From positions 608,001 through 672,000 of the forward strand of contig CBDEGZ010000003.1 in the NCBI GenBank assembly GCA_965238175.1: 64,000 nucleotides of DNA, given 5' to 3'. The stretch is from Gammaproteobacteria bacterium (GTDB lineage Bacteria; Pseudomonadota; Gammaproteobacteria; CAJXQU01). A program made the position numbers and the translations under genes. Positions 21,401-28,374 of the stretch are shown here, piece by piece. Within the stretch, counting starts at the first letter, position 1, and every line of letters begins with the position of its first letter. Below the pieces are notes generated by a model that was not told the DNA's origin, did not search any database, and saw only the letters and a program-made list of their open reading frames with translations.

Positions 21401-22418
21401 CTACGGCGCCAACAACCGCCTGCAACAGGTGGATAAACAGACGGAAGGTGAGACAACCTCGGCCTATGTGTATAACGCCAAAAACCAACGTGTGATCAAA
21501 ACGGTCACACAAGCGGACGGTTCGCAAACCACGACGCACTTCCATTACAACGCGCTCGATCAATTGATTGCAGAAACCAGCAACAATGGCGCGGTGTTTA
21601 AGGAATACCTGTATGCCGGTGGTACGCGTGTAGCGATGGTGGATTATGCACAGGATAATGCGGGGCAGCTGGTGTTTATCCATAATGATCACTTAGGCAC
21701 ACCGAAGTTGATGACCGATGGTGACATGCGCGTGGTCTGGCAGGCACAAAGCTTACCGTTTGGTGAAACCCGTGCGTCGGTGGCGGATGTGAAACAATCA
21801 TTGCGCTTCCCGGGGCAGTACAAGGATGAGGAAACGGGGTATCATTATAATTATCATCGGGATTATGATCCGACGTTGGGAAGGTATATTCAGTCGGATC
21901 CGATTGGGTTGCTGGGTGGGGTTAATACGTTTGGGTATGTGGGGGGGAATCCGGTGACATCTTTTGATCCTAAAGGCCTAGTTGAATGGACTGGCCGAGT
22001 TGAATATATAAATGCTGGTCAAGTTGCTGGTACTATTAGAGCACGTTTTTTCTTAGAGTCTGAGGCTGTGAAAGGAGTGAAATGGAGAGTAAGGGTTAAT
22101 GCGGCCGGATCAGGTAGTGTAATTGGCAAAGGCCCTTATGCGGTTTCAGCATCAAAAATCACATTTAATGATGGGTTAACGTCTACTGGACCAACTGTTT
22201 TTGAAGGTAATTTTGTTATGGCAAATGCTGGTTTTTCTACACCTCTTGGTGGTGTTACTTATGGTGGGGTGATACTGGGAAATGCTGCTTCAAAAGGCTT
22301 CTCATTTTCAATAGGTATAGAGGTTCCCGGTGCATTAGATATGCATGGGGAGTCATCATTAGTCTCTGCAGAACAAATATTTGTTGAAGATGAAAATCAA
22401 CAACTGATGTGTCCTTAG
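12477..22418 (+). CDS. Secreted SpvB/FG-GAP/YD-RHS toxin with a second DUF6531-RHS module and C-terminal tip
   Basis: AGGA RBS before ATG 12477 (open frame from 12423); signal peptide; SpvB motif GAAEYNVPIAVPPG..P.LSLNYSS..GNG.LGVGW; DxNGDG repeats; YD repeats; core 1 GRFISADP..NRYSYVLNNPLSYSDPSG; DUF6531-like PINIATGEK..ERYYSS..LGYGW; core 2 GRYIQSDPIGL.GG.N.FGYVGGNP...DPKG. Confidence 0.9.
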   Translation: MQMTRQTQTGLGTHPRRVNAFVASLIFALMSLTTSVMQAAVPGLTPGELSVGQSGAAEYNVPIAVPPGTAGMAPILSLNYSSNSGNGPLGVGWSLSGLSAITRCPQTLAQDGQIRAVKFDTQDKFCLDGQRLVVSNGGAYGANGTQYRTEMDNFSLITSHGSGSGSPVSGPNYFTVKTKAGQTMFYGTTTDSNIDSLNGGHVRTWALNQLHDTVGNYINFTYEEDTDKQDYRIARIDYTGNVNGRGPYSSVRFAYMPRPRLAKGYIAGHPFAQRKLMTNIKTYAGETQVKDYRLHYEMTGVVGQPRIEEIKECDGGGQCFNPLTFDWSPELFGFVGAQSLADVPLKESHGFQWVDHNGDGKTDFCYIAKSNELRCHLSTSTLDGGNEFNRTPVRSASTIDKGYEEGREWVDVNGDGRVDFCRLVVDGSSNKYMACNASTGNGFNNTFYSSILADGGGQSEGRRWVDFNGDGRADFCRVTGSSSAACTLSTGTGFGQTIIGTGLTYGTGANGKNIRDWEDVNGDGLVDFCRTLSDKSKTCNFSTGSGFDLTPHQTAANTVGTSLSFVGGTNPNQNRWIDFNGDGNKDLCVVQREGGERYSEERRIVPNLGYPIHHNIIGEVTYTTKCTLFTGVGFAPIAIESEPLVIPEQYCQGRFCTPEGLGVDFKWKDVNNDGLGDVCFRVDKGRSGCFFSEGHRFHSLMSVTGIVFGDSRLIDANFADVNGDAIADACYVRFRRNPDNDDQINCNIGNTRPQMRIIKVTNSLGSPTEIEYKPMTDSSVYSKSADVVPKTTGYPYLDVQAPMYVVSKVKNDNGLGLGITNDVDYTYAGAKVHLKGRGFAGFRWMFAYNRAQGTYAATEFHQDFPLAGMVAYTRSNLIADNSLISQTNNTYNVVARTDGSYFPYLQTSNQVTYELGGAMVKQTVTDYVYDDYGNPISIKVATAGLDQNTFRTETTNTYDASSTAISKWYLGRLTTTAVTQTANGKTATRKSAFEYDINGHGMLMKEIIEPNNPALRLETAYQYDAYGNKTRVTALGGSGSTAITARSTRTEYSGGGHNTGQFPIKITNAMGESETHTYDARFGVMTKLTGPNGLETTWQYDSFGRKIKETRADSTTTTFTRNWCAKYCKTSLTTQSTGSAPALEAFDRLGRIQYVNTYGLGNDLSGSNVYTDLNIINPRIISVATQYNIRGEIKRTSQPFYLQSPIHWTNFTYDALGRPLTETDANGTTGYEYKGLTSTLTNRLNQKTTRRVNARDELIQTTDNLGFNTYYQYDAQGNQTQVTDHLGNITTIDYDARGRKIAMNDPDMGDWEYSYNALGELISQTDAKGQITRMEYDILGRMITRTDAECNSFWVYGSHSNTGASDKAIGKLIYSQKGQQEKIFTRYDSLGRPNEIETRLQFEATNKTYLTQTNYDTLGRVQDITYPASNDYPTGLVVRNHYDANGHMHKVTGPNNITYWQATKQNARGQITEFRMGNGATETQRSYNAINGLVSNINTRNDNGTDNIQKLGFTFDVAGNLKTRRGYDQGNNTNLEENFHYDGINRLIVSQLGDGSHRKQYDYDALGNLTFKTGVGTYDYTNGRPHAVSNTSIGSKQYQYDDNGNMMSGDGRTITWSPYNKPIKIEKDGVQTATQFDYGANRNRIRQVNDQKIIYYVNGLFEQEYDGTTTTDVHYIKAGGSTIAIVKSKGTNDPLETRYLHKDHLGGIESITNEQGNLVQQFSYDPHGKRRAVNWTDDDNVSNPAIYQFDTQRGFTGHEHLDEVGLIHMNGRVYDPTLGRFISADPFVQFPDNGQSLNRYSYVLNNPLSYSDPSGFLSLGFLKKAFKVVASYFIAVIPGVNVFVAGFLIGFLNGGTLKSGFIGAVTMGAFQKLGGAGAIAGKIGGFTGDVVEVVAHGVVGGVSAIARGGRFIQGFLPAGLSSATSLSGFLRNLDDVTQGFAQAVIGGTASVLGGGKFANGAITGAFVYAAGRVGQASADGNICSRRPINIATGEKYLTMLDYKAAGASQLKFERYYSSHAKEKTSLGYGWRSNFDKKLRFEGVAMGIPWKVIYTKTNREEVVFSQNDEGNWITSSDTLESLQKTEAGWQLTDASGTVETFNTDGQFETVEKRGGYQQALSYNDNGQLVQVTDSFNVSLNFTYNRKGLLESMSDPEGNVTHYRYNHTKQVLAQVLYPDETETLADNPYKRYFYRDKRFPTAITGIENELGQRIHSMAYDGQGRAILSELGDSGERVDIVFHKGVNAANKSSTVRNSLGRETKYFFDADNRPLSVEGHATKTCIASNQGYTYDENGNIETKTDWNGVVTRYQYNDRNLEILRIEAEGTDSERVVTTSWHPHYRIPTQVVAPGNTTEFDYDQRGLLTKRTERDTLSARTAWQELLSVYPERVTTYAYNAQGLVEKIDGPLTGEDDVLTFAYDAMGNRTQVNNSLGHQSETRAFDQNGRPLLVVDANGVETHLEYNARGWLARKTIKGNDGEATTQYEYAHSGTYEGQGLISKVTLPNQKTVNYDYDSAYKLIGLHNSQGERIEYTLDLEGNRIAETTFNASNELVRTQRRVFDELSRLLSSIGADQQTTRYHYDKNGNLTGRVDPLNNETHYAFDALNRLIATTDANDGVVATAYNGQGQVTSVTDQRGLTTEYHYNGFGEKVAQISPDTGKTVFDYNKAGQLIKQIDAREIETQYHYDAIGRVTQIHYPAANDDDIYYAYDQQRTGTDHAIGQLTEVTDPAGTTEYGYNQHGQVNRQDYTLGGVAYHTQNHYNAAGELTAMTYPSGRVVNYQHDNLGRIQGVTTQASATNRAQTVVNHLDYHAFGPVSQMDYGNGAQINIDRDKDYRVTHIRVTDSNNDVAYYDAGYHYDDASNIKQIDDQIETTDSQTFDYDALYRLTRAEGQYGQIDYDYDGVGNRLERRLNDKLSDTDTLDSLIETYDYAHDSNRLISVAKQKGQHSTQRSLDYDPVGNIIHDSRSSENNLALNYGANNRLQQVDKQTEGETTSAYVYNAKNQRVIKTVTQADGSQTTTHFHYNALDQLIAETSNNGAVFKEYLYAGGTRVAMVDYAQDNAGQLVFIHNDHLGTPKLMTDGDMRVVWQAQSLPFGETRASVADVKQSLRFPGQYKDEETGYHYNYHRDYDPTLGRYIQSDPIGLLGGVNTFGYVGGNPVTSFDPKGLVEWTGRVEYINAGQVAGTIRARFFLESEAVKGVKWRVRVNAAGSGSVIGKGPYAVSASKITFNDGLTSTGPTVFEGNFVMANAGFSTPLGGVTYGGVILGNAASKGFSFSIGIEVPGALDMHGESSLVSAEQIFVEDENQQLMCP

Positions 22419-22436
22419 GATAATAATTTCCGGTTT

Positions 22437-22748
22437 GTGAGAAGCATAATGACAGTTCATGATTATTTTGCACTTTTAATATTGGTTCAATTAGTGCTTT
22501 TTGCACTCGCTTTTGGGCAGCTGGAACGGAATCATCCTATAGAGCACAATGAATTGGGTGGCAGTAAAGCATTGCTTGGTTTCTTAAGCACAATGCGTTT
22601 CATTACTTTTTTTATGGCACTTAGATTTTTAAGGATGTCAGAAAAACCAGTACTTACTAATAGAGAATTGATTATATATTTTGGTTTTTTTATTTCTTCA
22701 TGGATAACTTTTGTAGGCTTGGTGTGGCTTTTGGTTGCGAGAATATAA
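22437..22748 (+). CDS. Probable immunity protein (small, 2-3 TM)
   Basis: Immediately after the RHS tip, low GC, hydrophobic segments; function inferred from position. Confidence 0.6.
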   Translation: MRSIMTVHDYFALLILVQLVLFALAFGQLERNHPIEHNELGGSKALLGFLSTMRFITFFMALRFLRMSEKPVLTNRELIIYFGFFISSWITFVGLVWLLVARI

Positions 22749-22750
22749 AG

Positions 22751-22800
22751 AACCAATGGGGTCAGCCTGAAAAACCAAGGGGTCAGCCAGCTTGATATTT
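22751..22800. repeat. Two tandem AACCAAGGGGTCAGCC repeats (RAYT-associated)
   Basis: aaccaatggggtcagcc (22751-22767) and aaccaaggggtcagccagcttgatattt (22773-22800). Confidence 0.85.
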
Positions 22801-22801
22801 T

Positions 22802-23050
22802 AGTTACATAGAGTTCTTCTATGAGGCGCGTCAAGATCAGGTTTCTGGCTACTATGCGGGCAATCTGGCTATCCAGAAGTTCCGCATGTCAAATATCAAA
22901 ACCTATAATGGTCAGATCTTGGTGCATGATTACCAGCTTGCGTATCTTCCTGAGCAAAGCGTCAATAGTAATTCTTACATAAAGACGCTGACACAATGTG
23001 ATGCCGCAGGTTTGTGTTTTAACCCAACAACCTTGGGCTGGAGTGCAGAG
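22802..23050 (+). pseudogene. Orphan fragment of a paralogous SpvB/TcB-like RHS N-terminal region
   Basis: SYIEFFYEARQDQVSGYYAG..QKFRMSNIKTYNGQILVHDYQLAY...QCDAAGLCFNPTTLGWS aligns with SSVRFAYMPRPRLAKGYIAG..QRKLMTNIKTYAGETQVKDYRLHY...ECDGGGQCFNPLTFDWS of the large RHS gene. Confidence 0.75.
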
Positions 23051-23058
23051 CAAAAAGA

Positions 23059-23847
23059 AACCAAGGGGTCAGCCATCTTGATATTTCACTTTGAAGCAAG
23101 TAATCTACCCAAATGGCGCGCCTACCAAGAATAGTTATCCCAGACCAAGCACTGCATATCATGCACAGAGGCAATAATCGTCAAGTCATCTTTGAAACAG
23201 AAGAAGATTTTATAAGGCTTAAGGATGATATTAACCACACCTTATTAAAAGCAGACTGTCAGCTTCATGCCTATGTGATAATGAATAACCACCTACACTT
23301 ACTACTTACACCCAAAGATAAAGAGCAGCTCAAAGTCTTTATGCAATCGTTGAGTAATCGCTATGTGCGTTACTTCAATGCTGTACGAAAACGAACCGGC
23401 ACTCTTTGGGAAGGACGCTATAAATCTTGCTTAATCGACAGTGACAACTACCTGTTCACGCTCTATAAATACATCGAAATGAACCCGGTGAAAGCCAATA
23501 TTGTTGATAACTTAGAAGCCTATCGATGGTCGAGTTATCACCACAATGCGTTAGGAAAGAAAGACAAGCTCATCGCTACCCATCCACTCTATAAGAAATT
23601 AGGAAAGACATTTGATCAACAAACAGCTGCCTACAAGGCTTTGTTTGAAGGGTTAGACCTATCGCAAGATGTTGACATTACCCAAGCGACTCAAAAGGGT
23701 GAGGTTTTTGGTAAGGCGGGTTTTCATACACAAATGGCTGCAAAATTATCGAGACCGACAAAATTAACCTCGCACGGTGGAGATAGGAAAAGTGAGGCTT
23801 ATCGAGATAATCATGCTGGCTGACCCCTTGATTCCGACCCCTTGATT
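23059..23847 (+). mobile_element. RAYT element bounded by inverted CAAGGGGTCAGCC repeats
   Basis: Left aaccaaggggtcagccatcttgat (23059); right atcatgctggctgaccccttgatt (23810-23833) plus a partial tandem copy gaccccttgatt (to 23847). Confidence 0.8.
23113..23823 (+). CDS. REP-associated tyrosine (Y1/HUH) transposase
   Basis: MARLPR, HIMHRGNNRQ, YVIMNNHLHLL (HUH), RTGTLWEGRYKS, YIEMNPVKA, YRWSSY, C-terminal HGGDRKS. Confidence 0.92.
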   Translation: MARLPRIVIPDQALHIMHRGNNRQVIFETEEDFIRLKDDINHTLLKADCQLHAYVIMNNHLHLLLTPKDKEQLKVFMQSLSNRYVRYFNAVRKRTGTLWEGRYKSCLIDSDNYLFTLYKYIEMNPVKANIVDNLEAYRWSSYHHNALGKKDKLIATHPLYKKLGKTFDQQTAAYKALFEGLDLSQDVDITQATQKGEVFGKAGFHTQMAAKLSRPTKLTSHGGDRKSEAYRDNHAG

Positions 23848-23874
23848 CTTTAGCACGGGTATATATGCAGATTT

Positions 23875-24738
23875 TTATGCTGTTGCAGATAAAAAGGTAA
23901 CGCCAGAGACTATCAGCAAAACCCCACCCCACTGCGACCAACTCATTTTTTCTTTTAAGATAAATCTGGCTAGCAGTATTGTTACCACACAAAAACCTGA
24001 AGATGTGACTACAGCAATTTCGGCATTTTCTGTCCATGCAGCTAAGGTCAAGGCTGTCACTCCACAGGTATCCAGCAATCCTTGAAGAGTTATCAATCGC
24101 CAGCTTTTTACTATTGGGGCAGGTGAAATACGTTTTTTTATAAAAAAGCATCCGAGTACCAACAATCCGATCCCTCTTGTAAGGTAGATGGTTTGCATAC
24201 CTCCAAAGTACTCTGTTGCTGCTTGCGAGGTGGCGATAAAGATCCCAAATCCCAATGAGGAACATAAAGAAATAATTATGACACGTTGTAAATGTTGCTT
24301 GCTGTATTCTGGCTGCTTGAGGAAATGTCCGGAGGCCATTCCAACTATCCAAACACCTGCCAGCACACCGAATATTGTAAGCCATTGTACTAGGTTAGGA
24401 CGTGAACCAAGCACAACCGCTAATAGAAGGTTGAATACTGGGTAGCTACCGACAATAGGGGCAACAATTGTTACTGGACCTAATGCCAATGCTTGATACA
24501 AAAGTAGTGTTGAGACCATGACCAAAATACCCGAAACGATTAATAGCCATAGTTTGGAAAACTGCCAGATAAACTCAATGTCGTAGCACAAGAAAACTAT
24601 AGATAAGGCGATAATTCCTACCGCCATCATGCCAAATAGCGCTTGCTGATGTCCGATTGAGCGACTAGTGAATCGTGCGATGAAATCGGCACTTCCCCAA
24701 CCAAGTGCTGCAACAAGACCGTATAATCCAGCTGTCAT
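23875..24738 (-). CDS. DMT/EamA family transporter
   Basis: About 10 TMs, ALGWGSADF, GPVTIVAPI, LARFILKEK. Confidence 0.88.
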   Translation of the reverse strand: MTAGLYGLVAALGWGSADFIARFTSRSIGHQQALFGMMAVGIIALSIVFLCYDIEFIWQFSKLWLLIVSGILVMVSTLLLYQALALGPVTIVAPIVGSYPVFNLLLAVVLGSRPNLVQWLTIFGVLAGVWIVGMASGHFLKQPEYSKQHLQRVIIISLCSSLGFGIFIATSQAATEYFGGMQTIYLTRGIGLLVLGCFFIKKRISPAPIVKSWRLITLQGLLDTCGVTALTLAAWTENAEIAVVTSSGFCVVTILLARFILKEKMSWSQWGGVLLIVSGVTFLSATA

Positions 24739-24892
24739 AAATAGATGTCCTTACTCTGATTCAAGAGAGCCTTCGAAGCTCGATGAATTGTAAATAGCAT
24801 GCAATCAGAAATGTGGTGAGATTTAAATACACATTTGTATGTATTGAGTTGCTGTACGGTATAGATTATATGAGTTCATGTAGAAAAGTTTA

Positions 24893-25005
24893 GGGGCTGT
24901 TGATCTTTCATGCGCATTAATTGTGGAGGCTAAACTTCACACCTTTTGCCTTGTTGAGATCAAAAAACATTCCAGTAGTTGTGTGCATGAAAGATCAATA
25001 GCCCC
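24893..25005. mobile_element. MITE with ~24-bp TIRs
   Basis: GGGGCTGTTGATCTTTCATGCGCA ... TGTGCATGAAAGATCAATAGCCCC, flanked by TTA/TAA. Confidence 0.75.
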
Positions 25006-25050
25006 TAACTAAAAATACAAACTAATAGCGACTATATTAAGGATATTGTT

Positions 25051-25629
25051 ATGACAGATACAGAGATACCTGAAAATGAAAGATCGGATGCAATAGTTGA
25101 TTCCACTATTAGCAGTTTTATGAACTGGCAATGTAGTTTGAGACAACAGACCGTACGAATGGGAGATGGTAGACCGCTGCCGGGAATGTGTCCTGAAGTT
25201 GTTGTAGGTAGTAATGAGTTACTTGGCAGAATTGTTGTCGTAATGTTGAAAAAGGAGCTTCAAAATTATACGGCACAGTTTCAGCATATGGTCAAAAAGA
25301 CTCGCGATCCTATTGAGCGATGGGAAGCAGCAATCAATACACTTTCTACGTCTTACTATCAGCAAGCCGATACCTTTTCACCAAGGTTAACAGCATTATT
25401 TGGTCCAGATTCCCAAATAAGAGATCGACTCTTAGAAACGGGGCAGTGCACTTTAATGTTTGAACAAAATGGGCGAACGTTTGAAGTTCCTTGTGAAGTA
25501 TGCGATTTACCCGAGGAGAATCCAGAATACATAGGAACCTTCTGGCATAACAGCATGTTTAACCCTAATTTGCCGGGAGGTGTAAAGATTTTGAGTTTTG
25601 AGCCCGATTGGATCCAGGCTAAGTTTTGA
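25051..25629 (+). CDS. Hypothetical soluble protein
   Basis: 192-aa ORF with AAGGA RBS; no family recognised. Confidence 0.7.
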   Translation: MTDTEIPENERSDAIVDSTISSFMNWQCSLRQQTVRMGDGRPLPGMCPEVVVGSNELLGRIVVVMLKKELQNYTAQFQHMVKKTRDPIERWEAAINTLSTSYYQQADTFSPRLTALFGPDSQIRDRLLETGQCTLMFEQNGRTFEVPCEVCDLPEENPEYIGTFWHNSMFNPNLPGGVKILSFEPDWIQAKF

Positions 25630-25852
25630 GAATGACGGTCGTTTCGCTATTGTGAAAATTGATCCAACTAATTGGATTACAAGAAAATATTTCTACCACC
25701 AAAGGAATATATGAAAAAGTAACCTGCTCGTTTACAGTTGGTTACAAGGAATAGTTCAACGGTATTTCAGCCATTGAGCTTTCTCTTAATAAAAATATAC
25801 TGGGCTAATAGTTTTCTAACTATGAAAAGGCCTTAAACAATAATAAAAGGGG

Positions 25853-27304
25853 ATGTTAAGAATGGATAATGAATTATCATCACTGGTAGTTATATTTACA
25901 GAGTTTTACTACTGGGTAACAGTAGTAATGATGTTTCTAATACATGTTGGATTCTGCATGTATGAGGTGGGTGTCACTCGTTATAAAAATCATTTGCACA
26001 CATTAATGAAGAACACAATGGTAATACCTTTGATTACTATTACATTCTTCTTCTTTGGTTGGTGGATCTATTTTGCCTTTCCAAACGGGCCGTTTATCAA
26101 CATGGCCGGTTTACAGGCTGAAGGCGGAGGCTTAGTTCCTTCTCCACATGCGTTACCATGGAGTGAGTTCATGGGTACACATATGGGTGGCTCAACTGTT
26201 CAAGAAGGTACTACAGCGGAAGATCATGGTTGGTGGGCACGTATCAACGGTGTATTCTGGGCGGCATTTTTGCTATTTTCATGGACAACCGCTTCTATTG
26301 TCTCAGGTGCTGTGATTGAACGAATTCGTTCTGGCGCATTCTGGATAATGGCAGTAGTTCTTGGTTCTGGACTTTGGATCCTTGATGCATCTTGGGGTTG
26401 GCACTGGGATGGCTGGATGGTCGCCAAGCTTGGTTATCATGATGCCTATGCCTCTGGAGTCGTACATGCCATTGCTGGTGGTTTTGCACTTGCAGTTTTG
26501 ATGGTGCTTGGACCACGTGTTGGTAAGTTTAGAGATGATGGTACACCTCGCGATATTCGTCCGCGTAGTCCTTGGTTGGTAACAGTAGGGATTTTTCTAA
26601 TTTTCACTGGTTTTTGGGGATTTTATGCAGCGTGTAATATCCCAATCATTGATTTCTACAGCGATGCGATGACTGCAAGGGGAGATGGTACGAGTTTTTT
26701 CACTGCTACTAATATTTATCTTGCACCAACGTCATTATCAGCGATTACCTTTAATTTTCTAATGGCTTTAGCTGGCGGACTGCTAGCGGGTTATTTTGTG
26801 TCTAAAGGTGATCCGTTCTGGTCTTACTCAGGTGGTTTAGCAGGTTTGATTACAGCATCTGCAGGTAATGATTTGTACCATCCGATACAAGCGATGATTA
26901 TTTCAATGATTGGTGTAGTTATTATTTACAATATGCACTATTGGGTTGAACGTAAATTCAAGCTTGATGATGCGGTAGGCGCAGTCGCAGTTCATGGCTA
27001 TGCTGGTTTTCTTGGTGTCGTTATTGCTGGCTTCATGCTATGGGGTTACCCGGCATCACCATTCCTAGAAGTTACAGTTACTCCATGGGGTAATTTTCTA
27101 GGTGCGCTTATTATGTTCTTTGGTTTGGGATTCTTCCCAGGTTTGATCTTAGCGCTAATTCTGAACAGTATGGGTATATTACGTATCCCACGAGCTGTTG
27201 AGATTGCTGGTCTTGATCTGGACTATATGGTCGAAGATGAAAATGCCAGTAAGGATATTGATGAAGCAGTTCGAGAAGAAGCAAAAAAAATGGGCATTCT
27301 TTAA
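25853..27304 (+). CDS. Amt-family ammonium/methylamine transporter
   Basis: HVGFCMYE, ASIVSGAVIER, HDAYASGVVHAIAG, LGPRVG, DDAVGAVAVHG, E.AGLD; about 11 TMs. Confidence 0.9.
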   Translation: MLRMDNELSSLVVIFTEFYYWVTVVMMFLIHVGFCMYEVGVTRYKNHLHTLMKNTMVIPLITITFFFFGWWIYFAFPNGPFINMAGLQAEGGGLVPSPHALPWSEFMGTHMGGSTVQEGTTAEDHGWWARINGVFWAAFLLFSWTTASIVSGAVIERIRSGAFWIMAVVLGSGLWILDASWGWHWDGWMVAKLGYHDAYASGVVHAIAGGFALAVLMVLGPRVGKFRDDGTPRDIRPRSPWLVTVGIFLIFTGFWGFYAACNIPIIDFYSDAMTARGDGTSFFTATNIYLAPTSLSAITFNFLMALAGGLLAGYFVSKGDPFWSYSGGLAGLITASAGNDLYHPIQAMIISMIGVVIIYNMHYWVERKFKLDDAVGAVAVHGYAGFLGVVIAGFMLWGYPASPFLEVTVTPWGNFLGALIMFFGLGFFPGLILALILNSMGILRIPRAVEIAGLDLDYMVEDENASKDIDEAVREEAKKMGIL

Positions 27305-27343
27305 GAATAAATTAATAAATTTCATAATCAGGAGTACATTGTT

Positions 27344-27565
27344 ATGTCAACTGGAGTTGAAACTTGGGCAGATGTTCATACTTTAGGCGCAGTTTATCCT
27401 TTCGCCGGTAGTGAATTTATGCTGACCGTTGTAGGAGTAACTTTATGGGGTGTCTGGCATTTTTGGCAGTTAGCGAATGAAGCTAAAGAACTCGACACTG
27501 AGGCTACAGAGTTAAAAGATAAAGCGAGGATCAGTAAGATTCTTGAGAGTAAATCAATTAATTAG
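27344..27565 (+). CDS. Small single-TM protein following Amt
   Basis: AGGAG RBS; GAVYPFAGSE followed by a TM; terminator lies after this gene, not after amt. Confidence 0.75.
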   Translation: MSTGVETWADVHTLGAVYPFAGSEFMLTVVGVTLWGVWHFWQLANEAKELDTEATELKDKARISKILESKSIN

Positions 27566-27616
27566 GAGTAAGAAAGTAATTTCTTAACTTTTCAATAGTT
27601 GATAGTCACTTTGCAC

Positions 27617-27652
27617 ATCCCCTGGGTATCTTAGGTATCCAGGGGATTTTTT
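27617..27652 (+). terminator. Rho-independent terminator
   Basis: ATCCCCTGG-loop-CCAGGGGAT followed by a T run. Confidence 0.8.
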
Positions 27653-27688
27653 ATTTCTAAACTGCTGATAATATGAACAGTCTAAGTT

Positions 27689-27786
27689 TATACCCGTGCT
27701 ACTTGGAATTGCAGATTTCGGCGAGCCCAAGGGTCTACACAGCAAGGCAGCCACTGAATCCTGCAGTTTCAAGTAGCACAGGTATA
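27689..27786. mobile_element. ERIC/IRU-like MITE
   Basis: TATACCCGTGCTACTTGGAATTGCAG ... CTGCAGTTTCAAGTAGCACAGGTATA; TIRs resemble ERIC ends. Confidence 0.75.
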
Positions 27787-27837
27787 TACATTGGGCTTAA
27801 AGTCTAAGACTTTTAATTTTAATTAAGGTGTATCTCA

Positions 27838-28341
27838 ATGATCGGTCGTATGTTAGAAGGGTATCCAAGCAAACCTGCTGTTGTTGTTGCAATCATTCTT
27901 ACCATAGGTGTCATGTCATACTATTATTACGATTTGAACCGAACGTGTATAGGTAATGATACGAGTCGATCTCTGCTTTTTTCTTTGGTAGAAAAGAATC
28001 AAAGTAACAAAATTCATCTTGTGAACGCAATAGATTTCAAATGGGACAATGCAAGAATTATTGTTGATTATAAAACTGAGGGTAAATCTTTAGACTGTCC
28101 TTTTGGTTGGGGGTGGAGCCAGGAATATCGACAAGAATTAATGAGTAAGGGAATGCTAAATATGATTGTTTTTACCTGGAAAGGTGTGGTGATATCTTAC
28201 CTTGATCTCGATCGAAGTATGCTTGATTTTGAGCTGCGTGAAACATTACTTACTCCTGATAAAGCCGTGTTCTTAGTTAGAAAAAAAGAGCAAGGGAAAC
28301 CGGGTTACTTGTTGTTTCAAAACGAATCCATTCTAAAATAG
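27838..28341 (+). CDS. Hypothetical membrane-anchored periplasmic protein
   Basis: N-terminal TM, two Cys, AAGG RBS. Confidence 0.65.
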   Translation: MIGRMLEGYPSKPAVVVAIILTIGVMSYYYYDLNRTCIGNDTSRSLLFSLVEKNQSNKIHLVNAIDFKWDNARIIVDYKTEGKSLDCPFGWGWSQEYRQELMSKGMLNMIVFTWKGVVISYLDLDRSMLDFELRETLLTPDKAVFLVRKKEQGKPGYLLFQNESILK

Positions 28342-28374
28342 ATCGAAGAAAATTTTATAGTCATACTCGTGAAC

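Noticed and set aside
8293-21692. Many short antisense or alternate-frame ORFs inside the two giant genes (also in IS481 and other CDSs)
   Set aside because: Shadow ORFs caused by biased codon usage; no RBS or recognisable motifs
22751-23086. Mini CRISPR array from the GGGGTCAGCC repeats
   Set aside because: Spacing is irregular (5 bp and ~260 bp) and inverted copies flank the RAYT
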